NCBI GenBank assembly: GCA_963934165.1
Contig: CAWVXH010000002.1
Coordinates: 38,650 to 102,649 of the forward strand
Reading direction: 5' to 3'
DNA length: 64,000 nucleotides
Source: an uncultured Candidatus Poseidoniales archaeon
GTDB taxonomy: Archaea > Thermoplasmatota > Poseidoniia > Poseidoniales > Thalassarchaeaceae
In this document: in pieces, positions 48,980 through 59,606 of the stretch
Numbering within the stretch: the first letter of the stretch is position 1
How the letters are laid out: each line of letters opens with the position of its first letter
Made by a program: the position numbers and the translations under genes
The notes under the pieces: model-generated
Databases searched by the model: none
The model's input: the letters and a program-made list of their open reading frames with translations, nothing else
Told to the model about the DNA's origin: nothing

Positions 48980-51364
48980 TCAATTCCTCAACGGCTTACC
49001 CGTTTGCACCATATGCTCCATCCTCGCAAGCGTACCTGTTGTTCGAGATAACCTACTGATTGCTTCGCGCTCCATTCGCAAAATATCATCTTCTGAAAGT
49101 TTGTCGAGAGTATCGGTGTCGCCACCGGAAAGTATCATAGCTAATTCCGCTGTTACTATAACATCATGAGGTGTTGCTTGACCAGATCGTGCTAAGTCTG
49201 CTACAGCCATATCAAGAGCATACTTCGCCGTTGCTCCAGGAAGGTTGTATGTGTATGGTTCGGGGGGCAAATAGCCGTCAACTAATTCGAGGGCGCGCGC
49301 TTTTGCATCTCCAATCAAGCGGTCTCGATTCATGGTTATTCGATCATCGGGACGAAGGTACCCCATACGCCTTGCTTGTTCAGCAGATTTGGCAACTTGA
49401 GCGGTTCCAATCTGCTCGAAGGCTTTGAGAATTGGGCCCATTGGCCCAGCAGAAACGAGATTGAATGGACTGAGCCGGCCCAACAATTCCTTGCACCCAC
49501 CCCACCCCGGAACAATTCCTACTCCAACTTCGACAAGCCCGATATAAGATTCTGAATGGGCTTGAACAGCATCACAATGCATCAGAACTTCGCAGCCGCC
49601 GCCAACACAAACCCCGGTTGACGCTGCAACGACTGGAACCGGAGCATACTTCAATTCTTGATAGGTTTCTTGTCCAAGCGCAATGAAATTTTCAACATCC
49701 TTCCAAGCACCTAAATTCGCTGCAAACAATGCCAAACCTAGATTTGCTCCAGCACTAAAATTCTTACCATCATTTGCGATTACGATGGCTTTCCATTCAT
49801 CTTCTTCAGCCAAGTAAACCGCATTTTGCAATATCTCCATAATGAATGGATCCATCGCATTCATTTTCGAATGATATTCGACGAGTAATACTCCATCTCC
49901 TGCATCCCAAAGGCTCGCTGAGCCGTTTCTTCTGATCGGTTTACCTCTGCGCTTGAGATCTGTCACCGTAAGGGTATCAGTTGGTCGATTGATTACGACA
50001 TATTCGCCGTCAATATTGAGGCGTTGGAGGTTGCCATCTTCTATCTTGTAAAACGAACCAGCATGGGCTGCTTTTTGGAGTAGGTTTGGAATGGGTTTTC
50101 CTACTGCTTCAAGGCGCTTAACAAGTTCTGATGCCCCGATTTCATCAATTATCTCAAAAGGTCCACGCTTCCAATTAAAACCAACTTTCATCGCTTCGTC
50201 AATTGCACTGATATCATCTGTCACTTCGGGGACAAGATAAGCAGCATAAGAGAGTGTGTCGAGTAAGATTTCAGTAACGAAAGTTGCGCCTTGGTCGTGG
50301 TGATCAAGCAATCTCAGAATTCCTTGTTTAGCCATCTTTGCAGATGCGAAACCTGCTCGTCGATTTGCGGGGGCATATTCTCCAGTCAAGAGATTTCTAG
50401 CTTCTTTGACTTTACCGCCACCTTCGCGATTGAGGCGATAGAAGCCACCCTTGCCTTTTCGGCCAGTATATCCTTCTTTGATCATCGATTCAATGAATTC
50501 ATTTCCCGCACCAGCAATTTGGTGGAATGGGTCATCTGGTTGAAGGTGTTCGATTAGGCTTGCCATGATATACGGAGTTAGATCGATTCCGACTAAATCC
50601 ATCAGGCCGAAAATAGCAGTTTTAGGAATGCCGAGGGGACGGCCGAGCATGGCATCTGCTTGTTCGACTGTGAAGCCATGCTCTAAGGTCGCACGAATCG
50701 CGCGTTGAATGAAATACACACCAAGTCGATTGCCAATGAATCCGGGCTTATCGTTACAATGGATTACTCGCTTGCCAAGGCGAATATCGGCAAATTCGAC
50801 TATTCGAGACACAACCGATTGGTCGACTTCAGGCCCCGACACTAACTCAAGCAATGGTAGATATCGGGGCGGGTTGAAGAAATGAGTTATGAGAAACCGA
50901 CTTGATAACTTATCCGACATCTGTTCTGTCAGGACCGAACGAGGAAGAGTAGATGTATTTGAGGAAACGATAGTTTCTGGACCGACATATTTGTCGAGTT
51001 TTTCGTAGAGTGAACGCTTTATCCCTAGATTTTCGATAATTACTTCAACTACCCAGTCATAGTCTTTCAGCAATGAAAGATGGTCTTCAATATTACCTGC
51101 AGTAATACGTTTTGCGTAAGATTTATGCATCAGCATTTCGGGGTTAGATTTTGCCATTTTTGTAATTGCTTCTGCTGCGATGGAATCTCTAGCCGACTGA
51201 TCTTTCGAATCCGCTTTGGCTTTTGGAAGAATGTCGAGGAGAAGCACTTCACAGCCAGCATTAGCACAATGGGCTGCAATTCCTGCACCCATAACTCCAC
51301 TACCAATTACGGCTACCCGTTCAATACTCGGAATTGCCGAATTCGATGATTGGTTTTTTGACAA
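48980..51364 (-). CDS. fused 3-hydroxyacyl-CoA dehydrogenase / enoyl-CoA hydratase (archaeal order: dehydrogenase N-terminal, hydratase C-terminal)
   Basis: N-terminal Rossmann VAVIGSGVMGAGIAAH. C-terminal crotonase fold (GGGCEVLMHCDAV...). Confidence 0.9.
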   Translation of the reverse strand: MSKNQSSNSAIPSIERVAVIGSGVMGAGIAAHCANAGCEVLLLDILPKAKADSKDQSARDSIAAEAITKMAKSNPEMLMHKSYAKRITAGNIEDHLSLLKDYDWVVEVIIENLGIKRSLYEKLDKYVGPETIVSSNTSTLPRSVLTEQMSDKLSSRFLITHFFNPPRYLPLLELVSGPEVDQSVVSRIVEFADIRLGKRVIHCNDKPGFIGNRLGVYFIQRAIRATLEHGFTVEQADAMLGRPLGIPKTAIFGLMDLVGIDLTPYIMASLIEHLQPDDPFHQIAGAGNEFIESMIKEGYTGRKGKGGFYRLNREGGGKVKEARNLLTGEYAPANRRAGFASAKMAKQGILRLLDHHDQGATFVTEILLDTLSYAAYLVPEVTDDISAIDEAMKVGFNWKRGPFEIIDEIGASELVKRLEAVGKPIPNLLQKAAHAGSFYKIEDGNLQRLNIDGEYVVINRPTDTLTVTDLKRRGKPIRRNGSASLWDAGDGVLLVEYHSKMNAMDPFIMEILQNAVYLAEEDEWKAIVIANDGKNFSAGANLGLALFAANLGAWKDVENFIALGQETYQELKYAPVPVVAASTGVCVGGGCEVLMHCDAVQAHSESYIGLVEVGVGIVPGWGGCKELLGRLSPFNLVSAGPMGPILKAFEQIGTAQVAKSAEQARRMGYLRPDDRITMNRDRLIGDAKARALELVDGYLPPEPYTYNLPGATAKYALDMAVADLARSGQATPHDVIVTAELAMILSGGDTDTLDKLSEDDILRMEREAISRLSRTTGTLARMEHMVQTGKPLRN

Positions 51365-51373
51365 ATTATCACC

Positions 51374-52525
51374 TCACTCTATTTTTGAAAGAATTGTGGC
51401 GATTCCTTGGCCGCCACCAATACACATAGTTGCGAGTGCGTGGTTAGCATCCTCGCGAACGAGCAAACTTGCTACCTTTCCTGTGATTCGGGCACCACTC
51501 GCACCTAATGGGTGGCCGAGGGCGATTGCCCCCCCATCGATATTAACTTTTGATTGATCCAAGCCCAACTCCTCAATTACTGCTAGCGATTGTGCAGCGA
51601 ATGCCTCATTGAGTTCAATGATATCAATGTCACCGAGTGAAAGTCCAGCACGATCTAGTGCCTTTCGAGTTGCTTCGACAGGACCAATTCCCATAATTTC
51701 TGGTGAGCACCCAGAGACCGCGATTGAAGCGATTTTTGCGAGTGGAGTCAAGCCATTTGCTAGGGCGAATTCTCCTGTGCAAACTACAACAAAAGCAGCC
51801 CCATCTGTCAAGGGAGATGAGGTTCCAGCAGTAACAGTCCCATCTGCATCGAAAACTGGGCGTAATTTTCCAAGTGTTGTAGCATCCGTCCCTGGACGTA
51901 TGCATCCGTCCGAATCTATGACTTTTGATTTAGTAGAAATCTCAATAATTTCATCTGAAAATTTACCCGTCTCGCGCGCAGCGCTTGCTCTCGCATGGCT
52001 TTCAATCGCAAATGCTTCCTGAGTAGTGCGGTCAATCCCATATTTCACTGCAATATTCTCTGCAGTTATTCCCATCGAGGTGAAGGCTCCGGGAGCTTCC
52101 TCCAGAAGACGTGGGTTAGGCATTGGATTGAATCCAGTCATTGGAATTCGAGTCATTGATTCGATGCCGCCGGCGATAAAACACTCGCCAGCGCCCATGG
52201 CAATTCGCCCGGCTGCATCATGAATCGCTTGCATGCTTGAGCCACAGAAACGATTGATTGTAACTCCGGGAACTGTCTCAGGAAGATCGGTTAGGAACGT
52301 TATCATTCTAGCCACATTGAAGCCTTGCTCACCTTCCGGAAAGGCGGTTCCGACAATCAAATCTTCAACCAAAGAGGGGTTGAGATTTAACTTCTTGAGA
52401 AGCCCATCGATAACCGCAGCAGCGATATCATCAGGGCGTGTTCGAGCGAGTTCTCCTCGACGGGCGGGAGTAAATGGTGAGCGGGCGTATCCAGCAATTA
52501 CCGTGTTCATACAGGTGTTCAACAC
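51374..52525 (-). CDS. acetyl-CoA C-acyltransferase (thiolase)
   Basis: Active-site NRFCGSSMQAI. C-terminal CIGGGQG plus GHPLGASG are present. Confidence 0.9.
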   Translation of the reverse strand: MLNTCMNTVIAGYARSPFTPARRGELARTRPDDIAAAVIDGLLKKLNLNPSLVEDLIVGTAFPEGEQGFNVARMITFLTDLPETVPGVTINRFCGSSMQAIHDAAGRIAMGAGECFIAGGIESMTRIPMTGFNPMPNPRLLEEAPGAFTSMGITAENIAVKYGIDRTTQEAFAIESHARASAARETGKFSDEIIEISTKSKVIDSDGCIRPGTDATTLGKLRPVFDADGTVTAGTSSPLTDGAAFVVVCTGEFALANGLTPLAKIASIAVSGCSPEIMGIGPVEATRKALDRAGLSLGDIDIIELNEAFAAQSLAVIEELGLDQSKVNIDGGAIALGHPLGASGARITGKVASLLVREDANHALATMCIGGGQGIATILSKIE

Positions 52526-52529
52526 TCGG

Positions 52530-52680
52530 TGTAATAATTAAACCGTCAGGTTTCAAAAATTACAATAACTACAATTTGCTACATTCGATGTATTTTATTA
52601 CACCTACCCAGTGCAACGATTTCTCTAATTATCTTTGAGAATATGAAATTTCAAATACATTTTACACTTTATGTGTAAAA
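52530..52680. promoter_or_regulatory. candidate operator: two inverted-repeat pairs built on a TTACAC/GTGTAA half-site in the beta-oxidation operon promoter
   Basis: GTGTAATAA (52530-52538) pairs with TTATTACAC (52595-52603). TTTTACAC-tttat-GTGTAAAA sits at 52660-52680. Both lie in the AT-rich 234-bp gap upstream of the thiolase gene. Confidence 0.45.
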
Positions 52681-52759
52681 ATATTATAATTCTTTAAGAA
52701 ACTCATTATTGTACCATTGAAACCATATTACCGAACTCGATAACGGGCCGATGCTTGTG

Positions 52760-54067
52760 TTATTTACGACTTCGGCCGCGGCCTGAACGCCGACTATTAC
52801 GTCCACCTTTGGATTGGCGATTTGATTTCTCATTCGAGCGATTGCCGTTGGATTTGTTATTGCGCGGCTGGCGCCGACCACGACCCCGATTCTGCTGCTT
52901 CTTGGGCGCCTTGTTACCCTTACACGACCGTGCCTTCTCGGAATGGAAAGGGTGTTCCTCATCTACTGGGATGGCTTGACGGATTGTCTTCTCAATATCG
53001 CGCAGATATTCACCTTCGTTTTCATCACAAAAAGCAATGGCGATACCACCTTGGCCAGCACGTCCTGTACGGCCAATTCGGTGTACATAGACTTCGGGCT
53101 CGTTAGGCAGATCCAGATTGATGACGTGGCTGATATCAGAGACATCGATGCCGCGGCTCGCCACATCGGTGGCGACTAGTACCTGAAGGCTACCATTACG
53201 GAATCGGCGGAGGGATTTCTCACGCGCACCTTGGCTCTTGTTGCCGTGGATTGCGAGGGCTTCGATACCGTCTTGTCCAAGTTGTCGGACAATACGATTG
53301 CAACCGTGCTTGGTTCGACCGAACACAAGCACCTTTTCGGGTCGCCCCTCCTTGATAATGTGAGTCAAGAGCCCACGCTTGTCGCTTCTCATGACAAACA
53401 TAAGAGATTGTTCGATGGCCTCTACGGTGGCCAATTCAGGTGTGATTGAGACACTTACCGGGTTGTAGAGCATATCACGGGACAATTCGGTGATCGAGCT
53501 TGGTATGGTGGCACTGAATAGCAGACTCTGGCGCTTCTTTGGAATCTGTGCTAAAATTTTACGGATATCTCGGATGAAACCCATGTCGAGCATTCGATCC
53601 GCCTCATCGAGAACGAGGAATTGGACTGACGAGAGGTTAACGTGTCTCTGAGAGATGAGGTCAAGCAAGCGACCGGGAGTGGCCACTAAGATGTCTACGC
53701 CGCGCCGTAATTTGTTTACCTGTGGACGTTGCGATACTCCGCCAAACATAGCCATCGAACGGACGTCTAAGTATCGAGCATATTGCTCGATATTGTCGTG
53801 AATCTGGGCTGCAAGCTCGCGTGTTGGGCACAGCATCAAAGCGCGGATACGGCGTGAGCCCTTCCACGGATTTTGGGATATTGCATCAAGAATTGGCAGA
53901 GCGAATGCTGCGGTTTTTCCTGTGCCCGTTTGGGCACAACCGAGCATATCTCGGCCTTTAATGAGATCAGGGATGGCCTGGGATTGAATTGGCGTCGGAG
54001 TGACATAACCAATCTCGTCGAGAGCATCCAACAGAGGCTGACTGAGATTGAGGGAAGTGAAATCCAT
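52760..54067 (-). CDS. DEAD-box ATP-dependent RNA helicase with an RG-rich C-terminal tail
   Basis: Q-motif, AQTGTGKT, DEAD, SAT and HRIGRTGRAG are present. The tail is RGRGRRQPRNN...RRSGRGRSRK. Start taken at MDFTSLN. Confidence 0.9.
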   Translation of the reverse strand: MDFTSLNLSQPLLDALDEIGYVTPTPIQSQAIPDLIKGRDMLGCAQTGTGKTAAFALPILDAISQNPWKGSRRIRALMLCPTRELAAQIHDNIEQYARYLDVRSMAMFGGVSQRPQVNKLRRGVDILVATPGRLLDLISQRHVNLSSVQFLVLDEADRMLDMGFIRDIRKILAQIPKKRQSLLFSATIPSSITELSRDMLYNPVSVSITPELATVEAIEQSLMFVMRSDKRGLLTHIIKEGRPEKVLVFGRTKHGCNRIVRQLGQDGIEALAIHGNKSQGAREKSLRRFRNGSLQVLVATDVASRGIDVSDISHVINLDLPNEPEVYVHRIGRTGRAGQGGIAIAFCDENEGEYLRDIEKTIRQAIPVDEEHPFHSEKARSCKGNKAPKKQQNRGRGRRQPRNNKSNGNRSNEKSNRQSKGGRNSRRSGRGRSRK

Positions 54068-54077
54068 AGGGGTCAAC

Positions 54078-55307
54078 TCACATGTGTGTGATAATTGCGG
54101 CACCAAACTCACTACACTTGAGCAGTTTTGCATCATTCATCAGGCGCTCGAAATCGTAGGTAACTGTCTTGGCAGAAATTGCACCTTCCATCCCTCTTAC
54201 AATAAGGTCAGCGGCTTCATCCCAACCCATATGTCGAAGCATCATCTCTGCAGAGAGGATTAGGCTTCCTGGATTGACCTTGTTTTGACCTGCGTACTTT
54301 GGCGCCGTGCCATGGGTCGCCTCAAAAATTGATATTCCAGTATCGTAATTGATGTTCGCACCCGGTGCGATTCCGATGCCCCCCACCTGAGCGGCGAGCG
54401 CGTCTGATATGTAATCGCCATTGAGATTCATCGTTGTCAAAACACCATACTCGCTCGGGCGTGTGAGGACTTGTTGGAGCATCGCATCTGCGATAACATC
54501 TTTCACAATAATCGTGTTGTTAGTTTTTGGATTTTCAAAAGTACACCATGGGCCACCATCGAGTTCGGTAGCACCAAACTCTTCTTTTGCAAGTTCATAT
54601 CCCCAATCACGGAACCCCCCTTCAGTAAATTTCATAATATTTCCTTTATGGACGAGAGTTACCGAATCTTTGTCATTATCGATGGCATATTGGAAAGCTG
54701 CTCGAACTATCCGGGCCGTTCCTTCCTGACTAATTGGCTTGATTCCAATTCCACTAGTATCAGGAAATCGAATTTTTACAACACCCATTTCATTCTGTAA
54801 AAATTCGATAACTTTCTGGGCTTCTGGACTTCCAGCTTCCCACTCAATTCCTGCATAAACATCTTCGCTATTCTCACGGAAAATAATCATATCAACTGCT
54901 CCAGGGTCACGCACGGGGCTTGGTGTTCCTGCATACCAACGAACTGGACGGACACATGCAAAAAGGTCGAGTTGTTGGCGTAATGCAACGTTTAGGCTGC
55001 GAATACCGCCTCCGACTGGTGTTGTTAAAGGACCTTTGATGGAAACTAATCCCGTTCTCATCGCTTCCAGAGTGGCTTCTGGCATCCACTCGCCGGTTGC
55101 GTCGAAAGCCTTCTGTCCTGCAAGGACTTCATTCCAGTGAATTTTGCGAGTGCCACCATAGGCGCGCTCGACTGAAGTGTCAACTACATCGATCATAACA
55201 GGAGTAATGTCGATGCCAATTCCGTCGCCTTCAATATAATGAATTACGGGCTCATTTGGCACGTTTAATTTACCATCTAGCATTGTAATTGGGGCGCCGG
55301 ATGACAT
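54078..55307 (-). CDS. icd: NADP-dependent isocitrate dehydrogenase (prokaryotic homodimeric type)
   Basis: [44 protein letters not shown]. Start at MSSGAPIT. The listed ORF has a 65-codon upstream extension. Confidence 0.9.
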   Translation of the reverse strand: MSSGAPITMLDGKLNVPNEPVIHYIEGDGIGIDITPVMIDVVDTSVERAYGGTRKIHWNEVLAGQKAFDATGEWMPEATLEAMRTGLVSIKGPLTTPVGGGIRSLNVALRQQLDLFACVRPVRWYAGTPSPVRDPGAVDMIIFRENSEDVYAGIEWEAGSPEAQKVIEFLQNEMGVVKIRFPDTSGIGIKPISQEGTARIVRAAFQYAIDNDKDSVTLVHKGNIMKFTEGGFRDWGYELAKEEFGATELDGGPWCTFENPKTNNTIIVKDVIADAMLQQVLTRPSEYGVLTTMNLNGDYISDALAAQVGGIGIAPGANINYDTGISIFEATHGTAPKYAGQNKVNPGSLILSAEMMLRHMGWDEAADLIVRGMEGAISAKTVTYDFERLMNDAKLLKCSEFGAAIITHM

Positions 55308-55379
55308 GTCTCTCAGAGCGGCGACCTGCCATTCATTGATGAAGCCGACCCCCGTGGAACAAAACGAAGGTGAGACGAG

Positions 55380-55772
55380 ATGAAGGGGTCTGTTGAATGG
55401 GTTGAAGGGAAAGTAATGAGGGGGATTACTGAATCGGGAAAGGTAACAGAATTTTACAGCGATACGGCTGCGAATCCGATGGAAATTGTACAACAAGCTC
55501 ATGCGGCATGTTCGATGATTGACCTTTTTATCGGATTGAAAGATAGAATGGACGATGTAAAGTCGATGAGAATCGACATCAATACAGATAGAAAACCTGA
55601 TCCCCCCCGGGTTTTCACCGATATCAATATGAAATATGTAATCGAAGGAGATATTCCTGAAAAATTAGTTCGTCGAATTATCCAAGCCAGCCACGACAAG
55701 TATTGCTCAGTTGGTAAAATGCTAACCAAATCTGGTGCAGTACTGACGTGGTCACTAGAAATTCAGCCATGA
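55380..55772 (+). CDS. OsmC/Ohr-family peroxiredoxin-like protein
   Basis: 130 aa with the OsmC fold pattern and conserved Cys positions (AACSM ... KYCSVG). Confidence 0.75.
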   Translation: MKGSVEWVEGKVMRGITESGKVTEFYSDTAANPMEIVQQAHAACSMIDLFIGLKDRMDDVKSMRIDINTDRKPDPPRVFTDINMKYVIEGDIPEKLVRRIIQASHDKYCSVGKMLTKSGAVLTWSLEIQP

Positions 55773-55949
55773 AATTTTTCTCAGTTTATAACAAAAAAAT
55801 TGTTTGTTGAGATCTAAGATTAAATGCCTAATTGCTCTTTCTCAAAGGGTCTCTTTACTCAATCATTAAAGTCCCTCGGTGTTCAAGAGAAATTCCCTTG
55901 CGAGAGAGAGTGACTCAACCCACTCACATGATAACCGGAAAATGATACA

Positions 55950-58900
55950 ATGCAGAGCCGAAACAAAGAATCCATTTCCAACGACGCTGACGATATTGCA
56001 TCCGAAGATGGATTAATTATCGAGCGCCGATTTACATCTGCAGGGGATGACCCGTTCGATGGATTCGATTGGATTACAATGGATGTCGAAATACGCAACC
56101 CAGATGGCACTATGGCAGATGCTATCGAAGGCGTTCAGCTTCCTTCAGGATTTTCTGGAGTGCCGGGGAAAGTATGCGCTCAAAAATATTTGAGAAAGGC
56201 TGGAGTACCAGTTCATCTACGAAAAGTTACGGAAGATGGTATTCCTATTTGGTTACAACGAAGTGAGCCGGATCATGAAAAACTGCAAACTTTACCGGCC
56301 GATGAACGATTCACTAGCGAACTCGATGGACGACAATTATTCCGCCGTCTCGCTGGCACATGGACCTATTGGGGTTACAAACACGGCTATTTTGCCAGTG
56401 AAGTTGATGCTCGGGCATATTACGATGAAATGTGTTATCTGATTGCAAGCCAACGCTCTGCTCCAAACAGCCCACAATGGTTCAACACCGGCCTTCATTG
56501 GGCATATGGAATCGAAGGGCCCGCACAAGGCCATCATTATGTCAACCCAACAACCGGTGAACTCGAGTTATCGGCTAATGCATATGAACATCCTCAGCCC
56601 CACGCTTGTTTCATTCAGTCCGTCAGCGATTCACTAGTGGGAGGGACAGGATCAATTATGGGATTATGGAATCGAGAAGCTTTGTTGTTCAAATTTGGTT
56701 CAGGAACCGGTTCAAATTTTTCAAACATCCGTGGAGCTGGTGAACCTCTTTCAGGTGGAGGGACCTCTTCCGGATTGTTGTCGTTCCTCAAAATAGGCGA
56801 CCGTGCAGCGGGCGCTATCAAATCGGGTGGAACTACCCGTCGTGCTGCCAAGATGGTTACACTCGATTTGGATCATCCAGATATCGAAGAATATATCGAT
56901 TGGAAATCAAGTGAAGAAGAAAAAGTATCAGCACTCGTAATCGGCTCAAATATATTACAACAACATGCAAATGCATTGATGGATTCTATCTGGGCTCACG
57001 AAGACGATGATTCTAGGTTCGATCAGTCTAAAAATCCGGGTTTACACAAGACGATGGTTCGAGCAATTCGTGACAATGTTCCTCCACCACACATCCAAAG
57101 AATTGTCGACCTAGCTAAACAAGGATGGAAGGGAGTTGATTTCGAATGCTTCGATACCGATTGGCAAGGTGAAGCATACCTCTCAGTTTCGGGCCAAAAT
57201 AGCAACAATTCCGTTCGTGCACCTAACTCATTCATGGATGCCGTAAAAGCTGGCGATGATTGGGATCTCGTGTGGAGAACCGAGAAAGATAAGGCTGCAA
57301 AAGAAGGTCGTGAACCGAGTGCATGCAAAACCCTAGATGCTGGTGAACTTTGGGATAAAATTGCATACACTGCATGGGCTTGTGCAGATCCAGGGGTACA
57401 ATTTGATACCACAATCAACGAATGGCATACCTGCCCAGAAGGTGGAAGAATCAACGGATCAAATCCTTGCTCCGAATATATGTTCCTAGATGATACCGCA
57501 TGTAATCTTTCAAGCATTAATCTGCTACACTTTTACGACCTCGACAATCAGACATTCCAGATTGATGATTTCAAACACAGTGTTCGATTGTGGACCGCCA
57601 CGCTTGAAATAAGTGTACTTATGGCTCAATTCCCATCGGCTGAAATCGCCCAGAAATCATACGAATACAGAACTCTCGGCCTTGGCTATTGTAATATTGG
57701 CTCCGTACTAATGCACATGGGGATTCCATATGATGATGAAAGAGCCTACGCGATTTGCGGGGCACTAACCGCAATTATGTGCGGTGAGTCTTATGCCACT
57801 AGTGCAGAAATGGCAGCAATTCTCGGGCCTTATCCTGATTATGAACGGAATGCGGAGCACATGCTCAGAGTCATGAGAAATCATAGAAGAGCAGCATATG
57901 ATGCTCCAGTAGAGGAATATGAAGGATTGTCAATCGCGCCTCAGGGAATCAATGCAAAGAAGTGCCCACAAGATCTTCTCACTGCAGCAAGAGACGTCTG
58001 GGATAAGGTAATTCGAGAAGGAGGGGAACATGGATTCCGTAATGCGCAGACAACTGTTATTGCTCCGACCGGAACTATTGGGTTGGTAATGGGTGCAGAC
58101 ACGACTGGTGTCGAACCGCAATTCTCTCTAGTCCAATTCAAAACTCTCGCTGGCGGCGGATCGTTGAGAATTATCAATCGCGGCGTACCAAACGCATTGC
58201 ACCGCCTTGGTTATTCAGATAGTGTTTCAAAATCGATTGAAGAATATGTTACGGGCACAAAAAACCTCATTAATTGTCCACATCTTTCTGTAGAAAAATT
58301 ACAATCGGAAGGATTTACATCTGATATTATTACAAAAATTGAAAATTCATTCGGCGATGTATTCGACCTTCGAACAGGGTTCTCTCCCTCCATCCTCGGA
58401 GAATCTTTCTGCTTAAACATCCTTGGTATGACTGGAGAACAATTCAGTGATGATTTCTTTGATATTCTATCCCATATCGGCTTGACTTCCGCCCAAATCA
58501 ATGAGGCGAATGATGTAGTCTTTGGAAAAGCTACTCTTGAAGGTGCCCCAGGATTAAAGGATGAACATCTCGCCGTCTTCGATTGTGCTACACCCTGCGG
58601 TAAATATGGTACGCGGTCGATTGATTGGCGCGCTCACGTTTTGATGATGGCTTCGGCTCAATCGTTCATTTCCGGAGCAATTTCGAAGACCATTAATATG
58701 CCCTCCAATTCAACTATTTCTGAAATTCGTGATGCATACGACCTATCGCACGCAACGATGAATAAAGCGTGCGCAGTCTACCGAGATGGCTCAAAACTTT
58801 CCCAACCATTGATGAATCAATTAGTCGATTCAACTACTTTGGCAGAGGATGAACACGAAGAAGAAGAAGTCGTGGCTCAACAAATGGTTCAGCAAGTCAT

Positions 58901-59606
58901 TGAGCAATTGCCAATACCTCAAGAAATTTCTCAGCCAGTAGCAACAAACTTCGTCCACGAGTACATTGCATCAAGAAAGCCGCTACCTGATGTTCGAAGT
59001 TCGAGTACGATGAAAGCGAGAGTGGGGGGGCATACCGTCTATCTCTCATCGAGCACCTATGACGATGGCAGACTTGGTGAAATCATGATTACAACTTCGA
59101 AGGAAGGCGCGGCATGGCGCTCAATGCTAAACCAATTCGCGATAGCAGTGTCCATCGGATTGCAATATGGAGTCCCATTGGATGCTTTCGTGAAATCGTT
59201 CACCTTCCAAAAGTTCGAACCAAGCGGAATGGTTACTGGTGGCAGTGGTAGAGTAAAAATGTCGACAAGTATCGTCGACTATATCTTCCGAGAACTTGCT
59301 ATCCATTACATTGGTCGAAACGACCTTGCTCATGTTACTCCTGAAGATCTGGATAAAACCTCGATTAGTCGCCCAGAAGTTACCGATGAAGGCATAGCTC
59401 GAAATCAAGGTCAACGTAGAGAAGTTCAACTCACTCTCGATGCGATTCCTTCAAACATTGAAGATTCCGAAGCGGAGACAAGAAGAATTGCCAGAGAACG
59501 AGGATTCACAGGCGATATATGCAATGATTGTGGTGGTAGTCAAATGGTTCGGAATGGAACTTGTTTGAAATGCAATTCCTGCGGAGCAACCACTGGTTGT
59601 TCTTAA
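55950..59606 (+). CDS. nrdJ: adenosylcobalamin-dependent ribonucleotide reductase (class II, NrdJ), long form with a C-terminal Zn ribbon
   Basis: Active-site NPCSEYMF...TACNLSSINL, ATTGTIGL and VYRDGSKLSQPL are present. The C-terminal CNDCGG...CLKCNSCG forms a ribbon. 1218 aa. Confidence 0.85.
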   Translation: MQSRNKESISNDADDIASEDGLIIERRFTSAGDDPFDGFDWITMDVEIRNPDGTMADAIEGVQLPSGFSGVPGKVCAQKYLRKAGVPVHLRKVTEDGIPIWLQRSEPDHEKLQTLPADERFTSELDGRQLFRRLAGTWTYWGYKHGYFASEVDARAYYDEMCYLIASQRSAPNSPQWFNTGLHWAYGIEGPAQGHHYVNPTTGELELSANAYEHPQPHACFIQSVSDSLVGGTGSIMGLWNREALLFKFGSGTGSNFSNIRGAGEPLSGGGTSSGLLSFLKIGDRAAGAIKSGGTTRRAAKMVTLDLDHPDIEEYIDWKSSEEEKVSALVIGSNILQQHANALMDSIWAHEDDDSRFDQSKNPGLHKTMVRAIRDNVPPPHIQRIVDLAKQGWKGVDFECFDTDWQGEAYLSVSGQNSNNSVRAPNSFMDAVKAGDDWDLVWRTEKDKAAKEGREPSACKTLDAGELWDKIAYTAWACADPGVQFDTTINEWHTCPEGGRINGSNPCSEYMFLDDTACNLSSINLLHFYDLDNQTFQIDDFKHSVRLWTATLEISVLMAQFPSAEIAQKSYEYRTLGLGYCNIGSVLMHMGIPYDDERAYAICGALTAIMCGESYATSAEMAAILGPYPDYERNAEHMLRVMRNHRRAAYDAPVEEYEGLSIAPQGINAKKCPQDLLTAARDVWDKVIREGGEHGFRNAQTTVIAPTGTIGLVMGADTTGVEPQFSLVQFKTLAGGGSLRIINRGVPNALHRLGYSDSVSKSIEEYVTGTKNLINCPHLSVEKLQSEGFTSDIITKIENSFGDVFDLRTGFSPSILGESFCLNILGMTGEQFSDDFFDILSHIGLTSAQINEANDVVFGKATLEGAPGLKDEHLAVFDCATPCGKYGTRSIDWRAHVLMMASAQSFISGAISKTINMPSNSTISEIRDAYDLSHATMNKACAVYRDGSKLSQPLMNQLVDSTTLAEDEHEEEEVVAQQMVQQVIEQLPIPQEISQPVATNFVHEYIASRKPLPDVRSSSTMKARVGGHTVYLSSSTYDDGRLGEIMITTSKEGAAWRSMLNQFAIAVSIGLQYGVPLDAFVKSFTFQKFEPSGMVTGGSGRVKMSTSIVDYIFRELAIHYIGRNDLAHVTPEDLDKTSISRPEVTDEGIARNQGQRREVQLTLDAIPSNIEDSEAETRRIARERGFTGDICNDCGGSQMVRNGTCLKCNSCGATTGCS

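Noticed and set aside
55773-55949. Possible cobalamin riboswitch upstream of nrdJ
   Set aside because: No B12-box-like conserved core is recognisable, and riboswitches are not established in archaea. Treated as an ordinary promoter region.
55950-59606. Possible intein in the 1218-aa NrdJ
   Set aside because: No block A (Cys/Ser after a conserved junction followed by a splicing domain) or terminal HN(C/S/T) motif was found. The extra length is better explained by insertions.
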